Shown here piece by piece: positions 47,361 to 64,000 of a DNA stretch of 64,000 nucleotides. Positions within the stretch are counted from its first letter, which is position 1. Each line of letters begins with the position of its first letter. The notes beneath the pieces are model-generated. The model searched no databases, was not told the DNA's origin, and worked only from the letters and a program-made list of their open reading frames with translations. The stretch is from Blastocystis sp. Blastoise. Taxonomy: Eukaryota > Protista > Bigyra: Opalinata. Location: assembly GCA_039096225.1 (NCBI GenBank), contig JBBPEB010000032.1, positions 310,001 through 374,000 on the forward strand, read 5' to 3'. The translations under genes were made by a program, and so were the position numbers.

Positions 47361-47648
47361 TTTCAGGGATTCTTATAATTCTATGTTCAGATAATCTTTT
47401 TTTTTACAAAGAAAACTTTTTAATATATTCAGACACACTAAGATCAATCTGATTATTTGAGAATAGCATATCAAATCCCTCCCCCTAAAAAAAGGAAAAA
47501 AAATCACGATTTTATTCTTCGGGAAAAGGAGAATTTCCTAAATAATCAAAATGATCTTAAAATTATTACTAATTCTTTTTATTGTAGTTTATTACTATCT
47601 TTACTTATATTATAAAAACACTATTAAATAAATAGTAGGATACGTAAT

Positions 47649-51815
<4,167 letters not shown>

Positions 51816-52599
51816 TTTATATATATATATTATTTTTCTTTTATTATTTATCTAAAAAAAATTACTTTCTTTTCTTTTTAGTGTATTTATTCTTTTTTAT
51901 ATTTATGTCTCTATTATTTACTATAAGTTTTCATTCACAAATAACTATTTGAATTCTTGTTTTTGTTATTATTTAAATAACTTGATATTTTTTCATTTTT
52001 AAAAAAAGTTTTATTTAAAGTTGATTCAATACTGACATATCTTTTTTTATTTAAATCTATTTTTAAGAATCATAATCTACTTTATCATCTGAAAAAACAA
52101 AATACCTGCGACGCTTTTAATCCATTCTAATAAAACCTAATGTTGTTTTATTTCATTCGTTAAAACGTTCGCTTTACATACCCAGATAAATTTTTATAAA
52201 ACAATTATTTTATTACAAATAGATCTACCTAATGTGTCAAATGATTAAAGGAAACAATAAAAAAACTCTACAAAAATCATAGTTCTCCAAAAAATATTAT
52301 ATTTATGGAAATTTCTTAGAATTCTCTACGAATGCCACTAGAATCGTGGTAATCAAGTTACATATGATTTGTATGGAAAAAGGGTTCAGTATTACTCGAC
52401 ACTTAATACTTTATTAATATCTGATTATCTCTTCATAATAGCAGTAAATATTTACTACAATCTTTTACCTGTCGATCATTAGAGTATATATATGTATTAA
52501 TAAACCATTCTTAAATACAAATGTGTCATTAAATCTTGTTTTGATATTCTATATCTTGCTTTCGCTATCTGTTTTCACTTCTCATCTAAATACATAGGC

Positions 52600-55235
52600 A
52601 TGAATCAGAATTTTCCTAATTATTATCCTCAATCTCAGCAACAAATAATTACAAAGCTATTTGTAGGTGGTTTATCGTATCAAACAAAAGATGGTATGTC
52701 TTAGCTATTATTGTTTTTCGTTGTTTCAAAATTTTTAATTGACTATTTTTTAATTTACTACGTTTCATAGAAACATTTTTACAATATTTTGCTCGATTTG
52801 GCTTTGTTAAAAAAGCTGTTATCATGAAATCTGCTGATCAATCTTCAAGAGGATTCGGATTTGTTATATTTGAAGATCCTTACGTAGCTAATTATGTTGT
52901 CAATCTCAAAGATCATATTATCGATGGTCGTCGAGTATTTTATTTTATTTATTCATATTCTATATGCTTTTAAATGTTACAAAAATGTTTATTTTATCCT
53001 ATATTCTTTTAGGTAGATATAAGATGGGCATTATCAAAAGATCAAGCTCCACCTCCACAACAACCAGGTATATAAATATCATTAATGATAATTATATATG
53101 TATATATTCTAATTTATTATTATTTTTGTTAATCCTATAGATAATATTTTATTATTATTTTTGTTAATCCTATAGATGATATTTTATTACTATTTTTGTT
53201 AATCCTATAGATAATATTGCCAGAATAACGGTAAATAAATTATTTGTTGGAGGTCTTCATTTTCAAGTTACAAAAAGTATATTTTTTATTTTATTATTAT
53301 TTTTTATTTTATTATTATTATTTCTTTTTTATTTTTGTTTTAATAACAATAATTTATGTATATATACTGATTATATTCCATGATAAATAGATGATTTATA
53401 TCAATATTTCCGTCAATTTGGTGAAATAGATAGTTGTGCCGTTATGATTCATCATGACAGTAATAAAAGTCGTGGATTCGGATTCGTTATATATAAAGAA
53501 GAAGAAAGTGTAAGGCGTGTATTAAGTATATCGAATCATAGTATTATGGATAGAAAGGTATTTATTATTATGTTTATTATGTTTATTATTATGTTTATTA
53601 TGTTTATTATTATGTTTATTATTATTATAATTATTATTATTATTATTATGTTTATTATTATTTTTATGTTTATTATGTTTATTATGTTTATTATGTTTAT
53701 TATTATAGATTGAAGTCAAGTTAGCTGTTCCTAAGTCAAATATCCCTACTCCAAATTCAACAGATATTATTACTGATACTAAAATAGATAGTCCTTCTAC
53801 TACTACTAATGATAATAATAATAATAGTACTACTACTAATGATAATACTAATAATACTGATAATAATACTAAGAATAATACTAATGATAATAATTCAAAT
53901 AATGGTACTACTAATTCTGATACTGTTGTAACTATTCTTAATACTATAACTACTACTGCTGCTACTACTACTGATAATAATAATAATACTTCATCTCAAG
54001 ATAATTCTATTATAAATTCACCAACTTTATCAAATAAATCGATACATTCTGTTAAATCATCAGAGAATACTATTCCACAAACTAATGAGCAATCAGAATT
54101 ACCACCGTATTTATATTTATATTATTCTATATATACTATATCCCATATTTTTATACATAATTTTATATCTATTATTCTCTATAGTCCACTTCCGTCCCGT
54201 GATTATATGGTATCCCCATCAGATCATTCTTTTGGATCCCCTCCATTTCATTCATACTCTCTCTCACCTATTCCTTCTATGAATATAAATAATAATAATA
54301 ATAATAATGATACTAATTATCATAATATATCTATTAATAAAATGAGAAATCCAATTAAAAGTCTTAATAACTTATCACCTCCTCCTTCAACTATTCCTTC
54401 TACATCTATATCTATAAATAATAATTATAATAATAATAACTATAATTATAACTCTATTCGTAGATTATCTTCTAATCAAAACACTCGTTATTCATCACAA
54501 TTCGAATCATTATCACCTGCTCCCACAAATAGTGGGAATACTATTTCTATGTCACATGCCAGTCCTCTCTCTCCTCCTCTTTATCAACAGCGTCATATTT
54601 CACTCCCTCCCAAGCTAAATCAAGAAGATATTCATAGATATACGTCATCTTCTGATATATATAATCAATCTTATGAATATGATTCTATATATAATAATAA
54701 TATTCAATATCATACAAATACTATATATGAAAATGATCTTATTGCTCGTGATAATTATTATGATTCTATATCAAGAAACTCTATTCCTAACTCTAGAAAC
54801 ACAATTGATTTAAGTGAATCAACACGTCGATTTAGTTATATAAATTCGAATCCATTAAATAATTCATTTTCAGAACTTAATACTCCACCACCAGAAAGTA
54901 ATACTATTTCACATTCCGTTAACATTAGTCCAATGAGTGACTTCATTTCTGCGTCTCCTATTCCTGTTCGAACTGGCTCTATTCCTAATTCTTCTATAGA
55001 AAATAATACTAATGAAGTTATTGAAGAACATGATATATATATGAATAATTCAACAGAGACAGAAAACACCAATATAAAAACTAATGTTATAGCTACTGAA
55101 ACATCTGTATATATATATATTTTTTTTTTTGTTTTGTTTTTTTTATTTTTTTTTTTTTTTTTTTTGATTTATTGTTTTTTCATTGTTATTTATTTGTTAT
55201 ATATAATAGTTTTTATTATTTGTTTTTCATTTTTG

Positions 55236-55285
<50 letters not shown>

Positions 55286-56296
55286 TCTTTTATTTCTTAT
55301 TTAGTAATTAATTTCTAAATATTTTTTTATATCTATTTTAAATCCATATTTATTCAATATATATAGTTAAACAAAACAGAATCTCTTCCTCCTCCACTTC
55401 CCCCGCGGGAATGTTGTTATAATCCATTATTATCTCCTATTTCTCAACGATCTCAAGATACTTCTAGTTCTTCCCTTCAATTTAAATCGATGTCTCCTCC
55501 TCTTAAAATACAATTATCTCATCTTTCTTCATCATCTTCTTCTTCGAATATATCAGCTTCTAGTATTCTTGTTAGCTCATTAAGTAAGAATAATAATATT
55601 ATTGATAATAATATTAATAATAATATAATAGTTAATTCACAATCTTCTTCTTCTACTAATACTACTACTACATCTAATTCAAATACTATCAATAATAATG
55701 ATTCATATAACAATATTATTTCTTCTTCTCATTTATCTATGTCTCCTTCTTTAACTACTTCTTATCCTCTTTCTAATTCTCGTAAAACTACTTCTTTATC
55801 TTCTTCAATAGATCTGAATCTTTCGAATCATCTTTCTTCTTCTTCTTTATATAAACCAAGAATACAAAGTTTAGAAGACCTCCGTAAACAACATCCTTAT
55901 AACTATAGTTATATGGATAATCGATATTCTTTCGAAGGATATGCATATGATCAATATCCAATCAATCAATCAGGAATTGATCAAGAACCAATCATTAAGG
56001 ATTCTCTTACTATAAACGATGAACTTCCGTATTATAATTATCAACAAGAGAATAACCATGATTATAACGATATACATTATAATAAATCATTAAATAATTC
56101 TCTATATAATTCTTTATATACTCGAAATTCATCATCAAATTATGATTCTGACCTATCGAATTCTATAGGGAATACTGTTCCAATGAGACCGAAATACAAT
56201 AGTGCACAATATGAATCATTAAATTATGCTTCTCATCCTGAAACACAATCATCACTTTATAGTTCTTTCGAAGATTCTAATTCTCTTAAAAAATAA
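52600..56296 (+). CDS. Two-RRM RNA-binding protein (Musashi/DAZAP1/Hrp1-like) with a long Ser/Asn-rich disordered tail
   Basis: KLFVGGL and SRGFGFV each occur twice, plus DGRRVD and DRKIEVK.A.PK. In-frame GT-AG joins continue to the stop at 56296. Confidence 0.88.
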
Positions 56297-58037
56297 GAAA
56301 ATTAATAATTAAAAGAATATATATATATACCTAGATATATAAAATAGATTTATAGTCATCTTATTTCAGTTTACTGTCGATAGTCTTTAGAATAATAGTA
56401 TATTACTTTTTTATTTTTTGGTTATTATTATTTTTTAATCTTTATTTATATATATAATCACACTTTTCCGCAAAATATTTTTAAAATATAATATTTTAAT
56501 TGGTTTTTATTTGTTTTTTTTTATTTGGATTTTATATATAATATATTATTAATAATAATAGTTTTATATATATAAATAGTATTAGTATTATTTATCTTTA
56601 ATTCATGTTTTCTTTTATATTCATAATTGTTTTTTTTTTGTGTGTTGTCTCTTTTAATAGATTTTTATTTTAGTGACGTTTTCTTTTCATTATATATATA
56701 AATATGTATATTTATATATTTATATATTTATATTTATATTTCACTATGAATTCCTTTAAACTTTTTGATACATATGATTGGCTATTTATACTTTTTACTC
56801 CAATTACTTTTCTTAACACACGCAAAATACTTCATAGTGTTTTATATATTTTATTTTTCACTTATTATATATATATATTCATACAGCTTCTGTACTTATA
56901 TTTTTTTTTTTATTTAATCTCTTTTATATAGAAGCACATATATATAAAAGTAGCTTTCTTTCGTTTTGTTTTTGTATTTATTTTGTATTTTTATTGTTGT
57001 TATCATTATAGTATATTATTTTTTTTATTGCATATATATATGATTAAATAGATTTTTATGGTTGATTTTTGTTTAATTTAAAATTTGTTTGAGAGTATTT
57101 AAATTGATAATATATAAACAATTTTTTTTTTTTTATTGACTGTATGAAACCAATATGTTTATTCGACATTAATTAATCTACACCTTCATTCACTACATAA
57201 AACACAATATCTACATTATAACAAAATACTATTATTATAGTAACAGCCATTTGACCAATATCCCAAACACAATAATAATACTTTCATCATAAAAATACCA
57301 TATTTTCATAGAAATAGCATAAAAGATCAGTTCTAAGGAAGTGTTTTGTTGTGGTCCATCTTTTCACAAATATTTGAATATACAATAATAATCATTTTTT
57401 AATGATCACACACTTAGTGCTAGCATTTCGTCAATTAGTATCCAGACTAACATTTTTTTCCTTATGATACTGATTTACTTTGTTCTATCTCATATAACAG
57501 TAATTCTTTTATAATATATGAACTACAGAAAAATATCTACAAAAAAAAATACTTTAGTTTAAAAAAATAGAATTTTTCAAGGCATCAGATTTTCTAAAAA
57601 AACGATGATTGGATTAAAATATGGGAATACCCTATTATCTGCTTTAAAATGTTTATATTTCCTTAAAGAGATATACTTTAAAGAAACGCAAAGAAATTAA
57701 ACCAATTATAGAGAGTTAATTGAGGTTTCATATGTACAGTGATCACAATATATATGAAATATATAAGATAAACAAACAAAGTAAATAGTCATTTATTCGT
57801 GGAAATCTTTTAGTAGTCTGGCATAAATCTATCTTTTTTCATGATTATCGTCATTTAACCTAGAGTCAATATGAATACCCAATCAAGTAGTTTTTTTAAA
57901 AAAAGGAGAAGGATTCTCATATTTATAGAATCACGGGAATTTGTTTTAAAAAACCGGAAAAAGAAGTTTTTATCATTTGGCTTCATGATTGCATTTTTTT
58001 TTGTCTTTTGATAATACTCTTTATATTAATCATCTAA

Positions 58038-59340
58038 ATGGGAAATATCTGTATTCATAGTGTCTCAGATATCCAAGAGCATCTTTCTATCGGTGGAAAT
58101 GTCGATGAACAAGGTGCTGAACAAAGTGACAATAAGTCGGTTAGTATGGTGTATATATCATTTATTTATATTCTTAGATAAAGATGAACGTTCGGTGAGT
58201 CCAACAGATAGTCCAGAAACACGATTATTCTCACATTCAATTCATACAACAGGCATGATGCCTTCCAGTTTGGACAAGAATAACAAATTGTATTATTTCT
58301 ACGTTTTTTTTTTAAATAGTATTTGTCTTTATTGATTCATTAATATAGTGTCGAGAAGAAAGATGGAATTGAAATCGATTTATCTGTTTTATATCCTTTA
58401 AGTGACATTCGTGCATCTATCCAATGTCCCCAGCAATATAGTGTCAATCAGTATTTATTATTATTTTTTAGTTATAAAATTAAAATATATTATTTGTTTA
58501 GATGGATTTATATTCAAACAAAAGAGTTTATTGAAGAAATTAAATTAATCTATGAATCGTAAATATTAATATTTTTTTTTTCTTTTTTTTTTATATTATT
58601 TTTTTTTATTATATAAATGTTATATATATATAGTATATCTTCTGTATGTACCTTAACCAGTTGCCCTGAAATGACTGCAGGACCTCATTTCACATATTTA
58701 TGGACTGATAAGAACTTAAAGACTTCTATTAGAGTATATATTATATGTTTATTATGTTTATTATTATATGTTTATTATGTTTATTATTATTATTATATTT
58801 ATTATTATATGTTTATTATTATGTTTATTATTATGTTGTTTATTATTATGTTGTTTATTATTACATATATATATATATATATATATAGACATCTGCTTGT
58901 GATTATATAAATATGTTATTTACCTGGATTGGTGAAAATATGGATACTAAAGAATATATGAATTGTGTGAATGATAATGTATTTCCCCAGGATTATATGG
59001 ATTTGATGAAGATTATATATAAACGTTTATTTCGTGTTTTAGCACATATCTATCATCATCATCTTGATGTATATATATATATTTATATATATTTATATAT
59101 TTATATATATTTATATATTTATATATTTATATATATTTATATATATATTCTTATTATTAATATATATGTTTATTATTATTTCTATCTAATATAGCGCTTT
59201 AAGATAGAGCATGCTGAAAAACATTTGAATACAACTTTCATTCGATTCGATTTATTTGGAAAAGAATATAATTTATTATCCACAAAAGAAGAATATCCTC
59301 TTAAAAAACTTATTCGAGAGTAGATATATTTATATATATA

Positions 59341-59384
<44 letters not shown>

Positions 59385-59477
59385 TATAGGATATTAGCTA
59401 TAGGATCACAAGAAGCAGATGTTTCGTTAGATCGAAATAAAACGATGAAATCAGTTTCATTAGATGCTGATGATTAA
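58038..59477 (+). CDS. MOB kinase activator family protein with N-terminal extension
   Basis: CT..SCPEMTAGP...YLW, SA.DYI..L..WI, KRLFRV.AHIYHHH and HLNT.F. Eight exons. Confidence 0.92.
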
Positions 59478-60417
59478 TACATATATATATATAATATCAA
59501 TTCTATTTTATCTTTTACTCTCCATGAAAAAATATATATTTTTATTTTATTTTATTATATTTATATATATATATCTTTTTTTATTTCCTGCTTTATAGCT
59601 ATTATTTTGTGTCTATCTACAATTGTTTCTCTAAACACAATGCTATGTATATTATATATATTATATACTTTACATATTATATATATTTATATGTATGAAT
59701 ATACATTGATTTAAAATTATATTTAGTTAATCATTTTCTCTATATATATTTTTCTATACTATATATACATATAAATACATTTCTTTTCTCTCTCTTTTTT
59801 TTTTTTGTTATTTTTTATTTTGTTTTTTTTTAAGTATCACTCTTATTAATAAACATAACAATCACTTTTCTTCTTATTTTTGAATATTTTTTATAAATAT
59901 ATTTGTTAGAATGAATAATAGATATATATAATAGTGTCTATTACTTCACTAGTTATTTTTTTATGTATAAAGATATTCTCTTTTTTTATATACTTATGAT
60001 CAAATATATAAATATATATTTCTTATTCTTTAGTAGTTGAAAAAACTATTTCTTATTCTTTATATCTTTACCCTTTTTCAATACTTTTTTTCAAAGAATT
60101 CAATAGTTTTATTTATAATGTTTTCATTGTTTTGTTTGTAGTATTTTTTTTAGGAGTATTCCAAATTTTTTTTATGAATACATTATTATCAATAAATATA
60201 TTATAATAATAATAATAATAATAATAGTGTTCCTACTATATTATTTTCGACTAAACAAATAGAATAGCAAAAATATATTCATTCAAAAGTAATAAGATTT
60301 AAAAGAGAAAAATATTTCAGGATAATATGACAGAGTTATAGTTATATATCTAAAATAAAAAAGAAATAAATGAAATAATAATTATTATAAGTATAATTAA
60401 AACAAGGATAAAATGTA

Positions 60418-61550
60418 TTATGAGTGTCTTTCTACTCTATTCATTAAGAAACGAATACAATTAGCAATACCAAATAAAAGTAAATAAGAAATAATAAGGC
60501 CTATCATAAATGCAAGAATAGAAAGTAGTGTCGTCCATAAATAATTGGATTCTGAATTACTTATAATACAACCAGAATTCGATAAATAGGAAAGTGAAGA
60601 TTCAGAAAAAAATGGAGGATATACAGAAAGAGAATTTAATATATTATCTATATATATATAATAGTGATTAAAAAAGAGAAAACTATTTTTATAACATTAA
60701 AATCTTTATATTTCTTTTATAAACTATTTTTACACAAGTATAGAATATAAAATATAATATAATATATATAATATATAATATATAATATATAATATATAAT
60801 ATATAATATATAATATATAATATATAATATATAATATATAATATATAATATATAATATATAATATATAATATAATATATATAATATATAATATATTATAT
60901 ATTATATATTATATATAATATATAATATATAATATATAATATATAATATATAATATATAATATATAATATACTTTGAATTTTTATGCTAAATTTTTTGTT
61001 GAGATGTTTATTACATATTTCTTTATATAAATTCACATTTTCATTTCCTTTTAAACAATCTAATTGATGAAAATTATATCGTTGATGAATAGATAATGAA
61101 CACGAATAATCAAAATCAAATAAAGATAATGATGATGGTTCTGTAGAATAGAAATAATATAAACCTTCACACGACTGTATTGTATATTGTATATAATTAT
61201 CTATAGAGGAATAAAGTTAGAACAATAATTTTAAAACGTTACCATTCATAATTTGTGGATTACTCAAGATTAATGTGAAGTTTTGAGTATAAATTAAATT
61301 CACAGAGGAGCATGCAGTCTTATAGTGATTCAGACTCATCTTTAATTTGCTTGGATAGTCACCATCTAGCTTACTTAAGGTGATTTTCTTTGTGAAATAT
61401 CTTTTCTTTGTATCATCTATTGTGTAACATTTATTCTGATATGACCCACAATCTACAATATTTAGCATACATTTAATATATACTACTTGTAGCTACTGTT
61501 GTCTGAAATATATAAACTAAAATTAGTACGACTATAGCAATCCTAGTCAT
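60418..61550 (-). CDS. Cys-patterned type I membrane protein (4 exons), probable distant paralog of 15278-16416
   Basis: Signal peptide MTRIAIVVLILVYIFQTTVA, then CGSYQNKC...SNSGC, a TM helix and a short tail. GT-AG introns keep the frame. Confidence 0.7.
60770..60970. repeat. Intronic (ATATA)n pentanucleotide satellite
   Basis: About 200 nt of 5-mer repeat. Confidence 0.9.
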
Positions 61551-61933
61551 GAAAATGCAAAGAAAACATAGGTTGGACTGAAAACATTTCCAGTTGTTAT
61601 TTCTATTTTAGTTCACTTTCATGTGAAAGCTGAAATTGTATGAAATTCATCATAATCCTTTTTCTTTTATCAAATCACGATAAAAAATGATAAGGTCTGT
61701 AGTTTGATATAGTGGATGAATCCATACATTAAAGAAAACGTTTCAAATAACTACAATAAAGTGAATTGAAAAAATGGTGAATTATATATAACTTTATAAT
61801 ATTCTTCAATATTTCTACTTAGTGTTTTGAATATAGATAAAATGAAAAAGAAAAACTGACTAGACCATTAGAATGATTGAAAAATAATGAATTAATTACA
61901 AAAAAAATGATATAAGAAATAGTTATATATAGT

Positions 61934-62910
61934 TTAAGCATAATATTGAAGACCTGATTTCTTCTTTGATGCAACCTATATGTTTAGATATATAGAATTA
62001 TTATTATGTTTATATCTAATTATTATTATTATGTTTATATATATGATAACATTATTTTAAAATAATAGTATATAATAATAATAATAAGATAAATATATAT
62101 ATATATACTTGTGAAATAGCTTCCATATAATCTTCATGTTCAACAATGGAACTGTCTCTACGTAAGGCTAACATACCTGCTTCTACACATACTGCCTTCA
62201 TCATAGCACCACTGAAATCCTCAGTTGAACGAGCTATCTCCTCAAAATTAACACCTATATATATATATAAAGAATAATATAAATATTATAAATATATTTA
62301 TAATTAAAAATAGATTTATAAAAATATATATTTTCTTTTTAAATGAAATAAAAGTATTAAATATTAGTATAATTTATATAATAATGAGATAGATATAATA
62401 TATATATGTTGTATAAAAATAGAATATATATAATATATAATATAATATAATATAATATAATATAATATATAAGATACATATACACAATATAATATTATAC
62501 ATATATATATATATACCTTCTTTATCATAGGTCATTCCTCTACTGTGTATCTCTAATATACGCATACGTCCTTCCTCATTTGGATTGGGTAATTCGATTT
62601 TACGATCTAAACGGCCTGAACGTAATAACGCGGGATCTAAAATATCTGGACGATTTGTAGCGGCAATTACTTTTAGAGATATATAATTATAATATATATA
62701 TACATATTGTATTCATAGAAAGAGTTTAAAGAATGATTATATATAGAAAAAAATTATATATATATATATATATTATGTTAGATTTAATATATACTTTAAT
62801 TCTAGTATCTGAACTAAATCCATCTAATTGATTTAATAGTTCTAATAGAGTTCTTTGAACTTCACGACTACCACCTCCCTCGTTACCTCTCTTTACACCT
62901 ACGGCATCTA

Positions 62911-62957
<47 letters not shown>

Positions 62958-63096
62958 TTAATAATATACTTCATCAATAAATATAATAGCACCTTTAAAA
63001 TGATCTTTTTCAATCTTTTCTTTAGCTAAATCAAAACAATCACGTACCATCTATACATATATATATATAATTGTACATAGAATAATAGGATGTAGG

Positions 63097-63133
<37 letters not shown>

Positions 63134-63301
63134 TCTTGCTCCTTCACCTATATACATTTGTGATAATTGTGTTGCGGACAACTTTATAAAAGCAGCTTCT
63201 GTTTCTTTAGCGCATGCACGTGCAAGGAGGGTCTTGCCCGTGCCTGGGGGACCATATAATAATACACCTAGATAATTACATAATAATAATAAATATTAAT
63301 G

Positions 63302-63346
<45 letters not shown>

Positions 63347-63473
63347 TATATATATATATATACCTTTAGGTGCGCGAATACCAATTTTTACATATAATTC
63401 CCCGTGGGAAATTGGTAAAACAACAGCTTCTTTTAATTCCTGAATTTGTTTATCAAGACCACCAATATCACAG

Positions 63474-63514
<41 letters not shown>

Positions 63515-63583
63515 ATTATTACTATTAAATGAATGTAAAATAAATATAATATTCAATAAAAAAAAAGAATATAAAGAGAATAA

Positions 63584-63616
<33 letters not shown>

Positions 63617-64000
63617 TATATACTCATCATCAGGTTTTTCATCTAAATACATCGATTTTACACGAGTATCATATTCATTAGGTAATTTCTCATATATAAT
63701 ATAGGTATCTTTATTTACTCCAATTAATTCCCCTGGGGATAATTCGCTTTTAGGGATGAGACCCGTATTGGGTAAAAAGATAGACTATATTTAACAGAAT
63801 AATAAATAATAATAATTAAAAGAATAATTAAAAGAATAATAATTAAAAGAATAATAAATAAAGAATAATAATTAAAAGAATAATAAATAAATAATAATTA
63901 AAATAATAATTAAAAGAATAATAATTAAAAAAACAATAATAACTTTAAAACATACATGTCTATCTGTTGTTTTCACTACAGAACAATTTATAGTTTTCTT
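61934..64000 (-). CDS. RPT5: 26S proteasome regulatory ATPase subunit 6A (5' end beyond the window)
   Basis: [72 protein letters not shown] and C-terminal HbYX ...LQYYA*. Confidence 0.96.

Overview
Very AT-rich, intron-dense nuclear DNA of a microbial eukaryote. The standard code is used, and every complete gene has a genomic stop. The style would fit an Opalinata-type stramenopile (Blastocystis/Proteromonas-like), but that is only a guess. The ORF track is largely misleading because of introns and microsatellites, so genes were rebuilt by hand from splice junctions. I count 22 protein genes. From left to right: a giant unknown gene (at least 3878 aa) running off the left edge, a mitochondrial/MRO-targeted small protein, a TEX264/GyrI-like protein, a Cys-patterned type I membrane protein, POLD2, DTD1, GnT-I (MGAT1), PUS7-like, an RNF4-like SUMO-targeted ligase, a hypothetical protein, RFC5, a rhomboid, UBA1, SPCS1, a MUG/TDG-family glycosylase, a G-patch protein, roadblock/LC7, an SPX-EXS (XPR1/PHO1) protein, a two-RRM protein, a MOB protein, a second Cys-patterned type I membrane protein, and RPT5 (partial). 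The main signals are: (1) minor-spliceosome (U12-type) splicing, with a clear AT-AC intron in RFC5, a probable GT-AT U12-like intron in the SPX-EXS gene and a U12-type donor in GnT-I; (2) a GC-rich motif CRYGGGA recurring in promoters and inside coding exons; (3) tandemly triplicated 3' splice sites in two genes; (4) a giant intron-poor gene with a novel ~72-aa repeat; (5) a possible APCDD1-like surface protein family. No rRNA, tRNA, CRISPR or mobile element was recognised.
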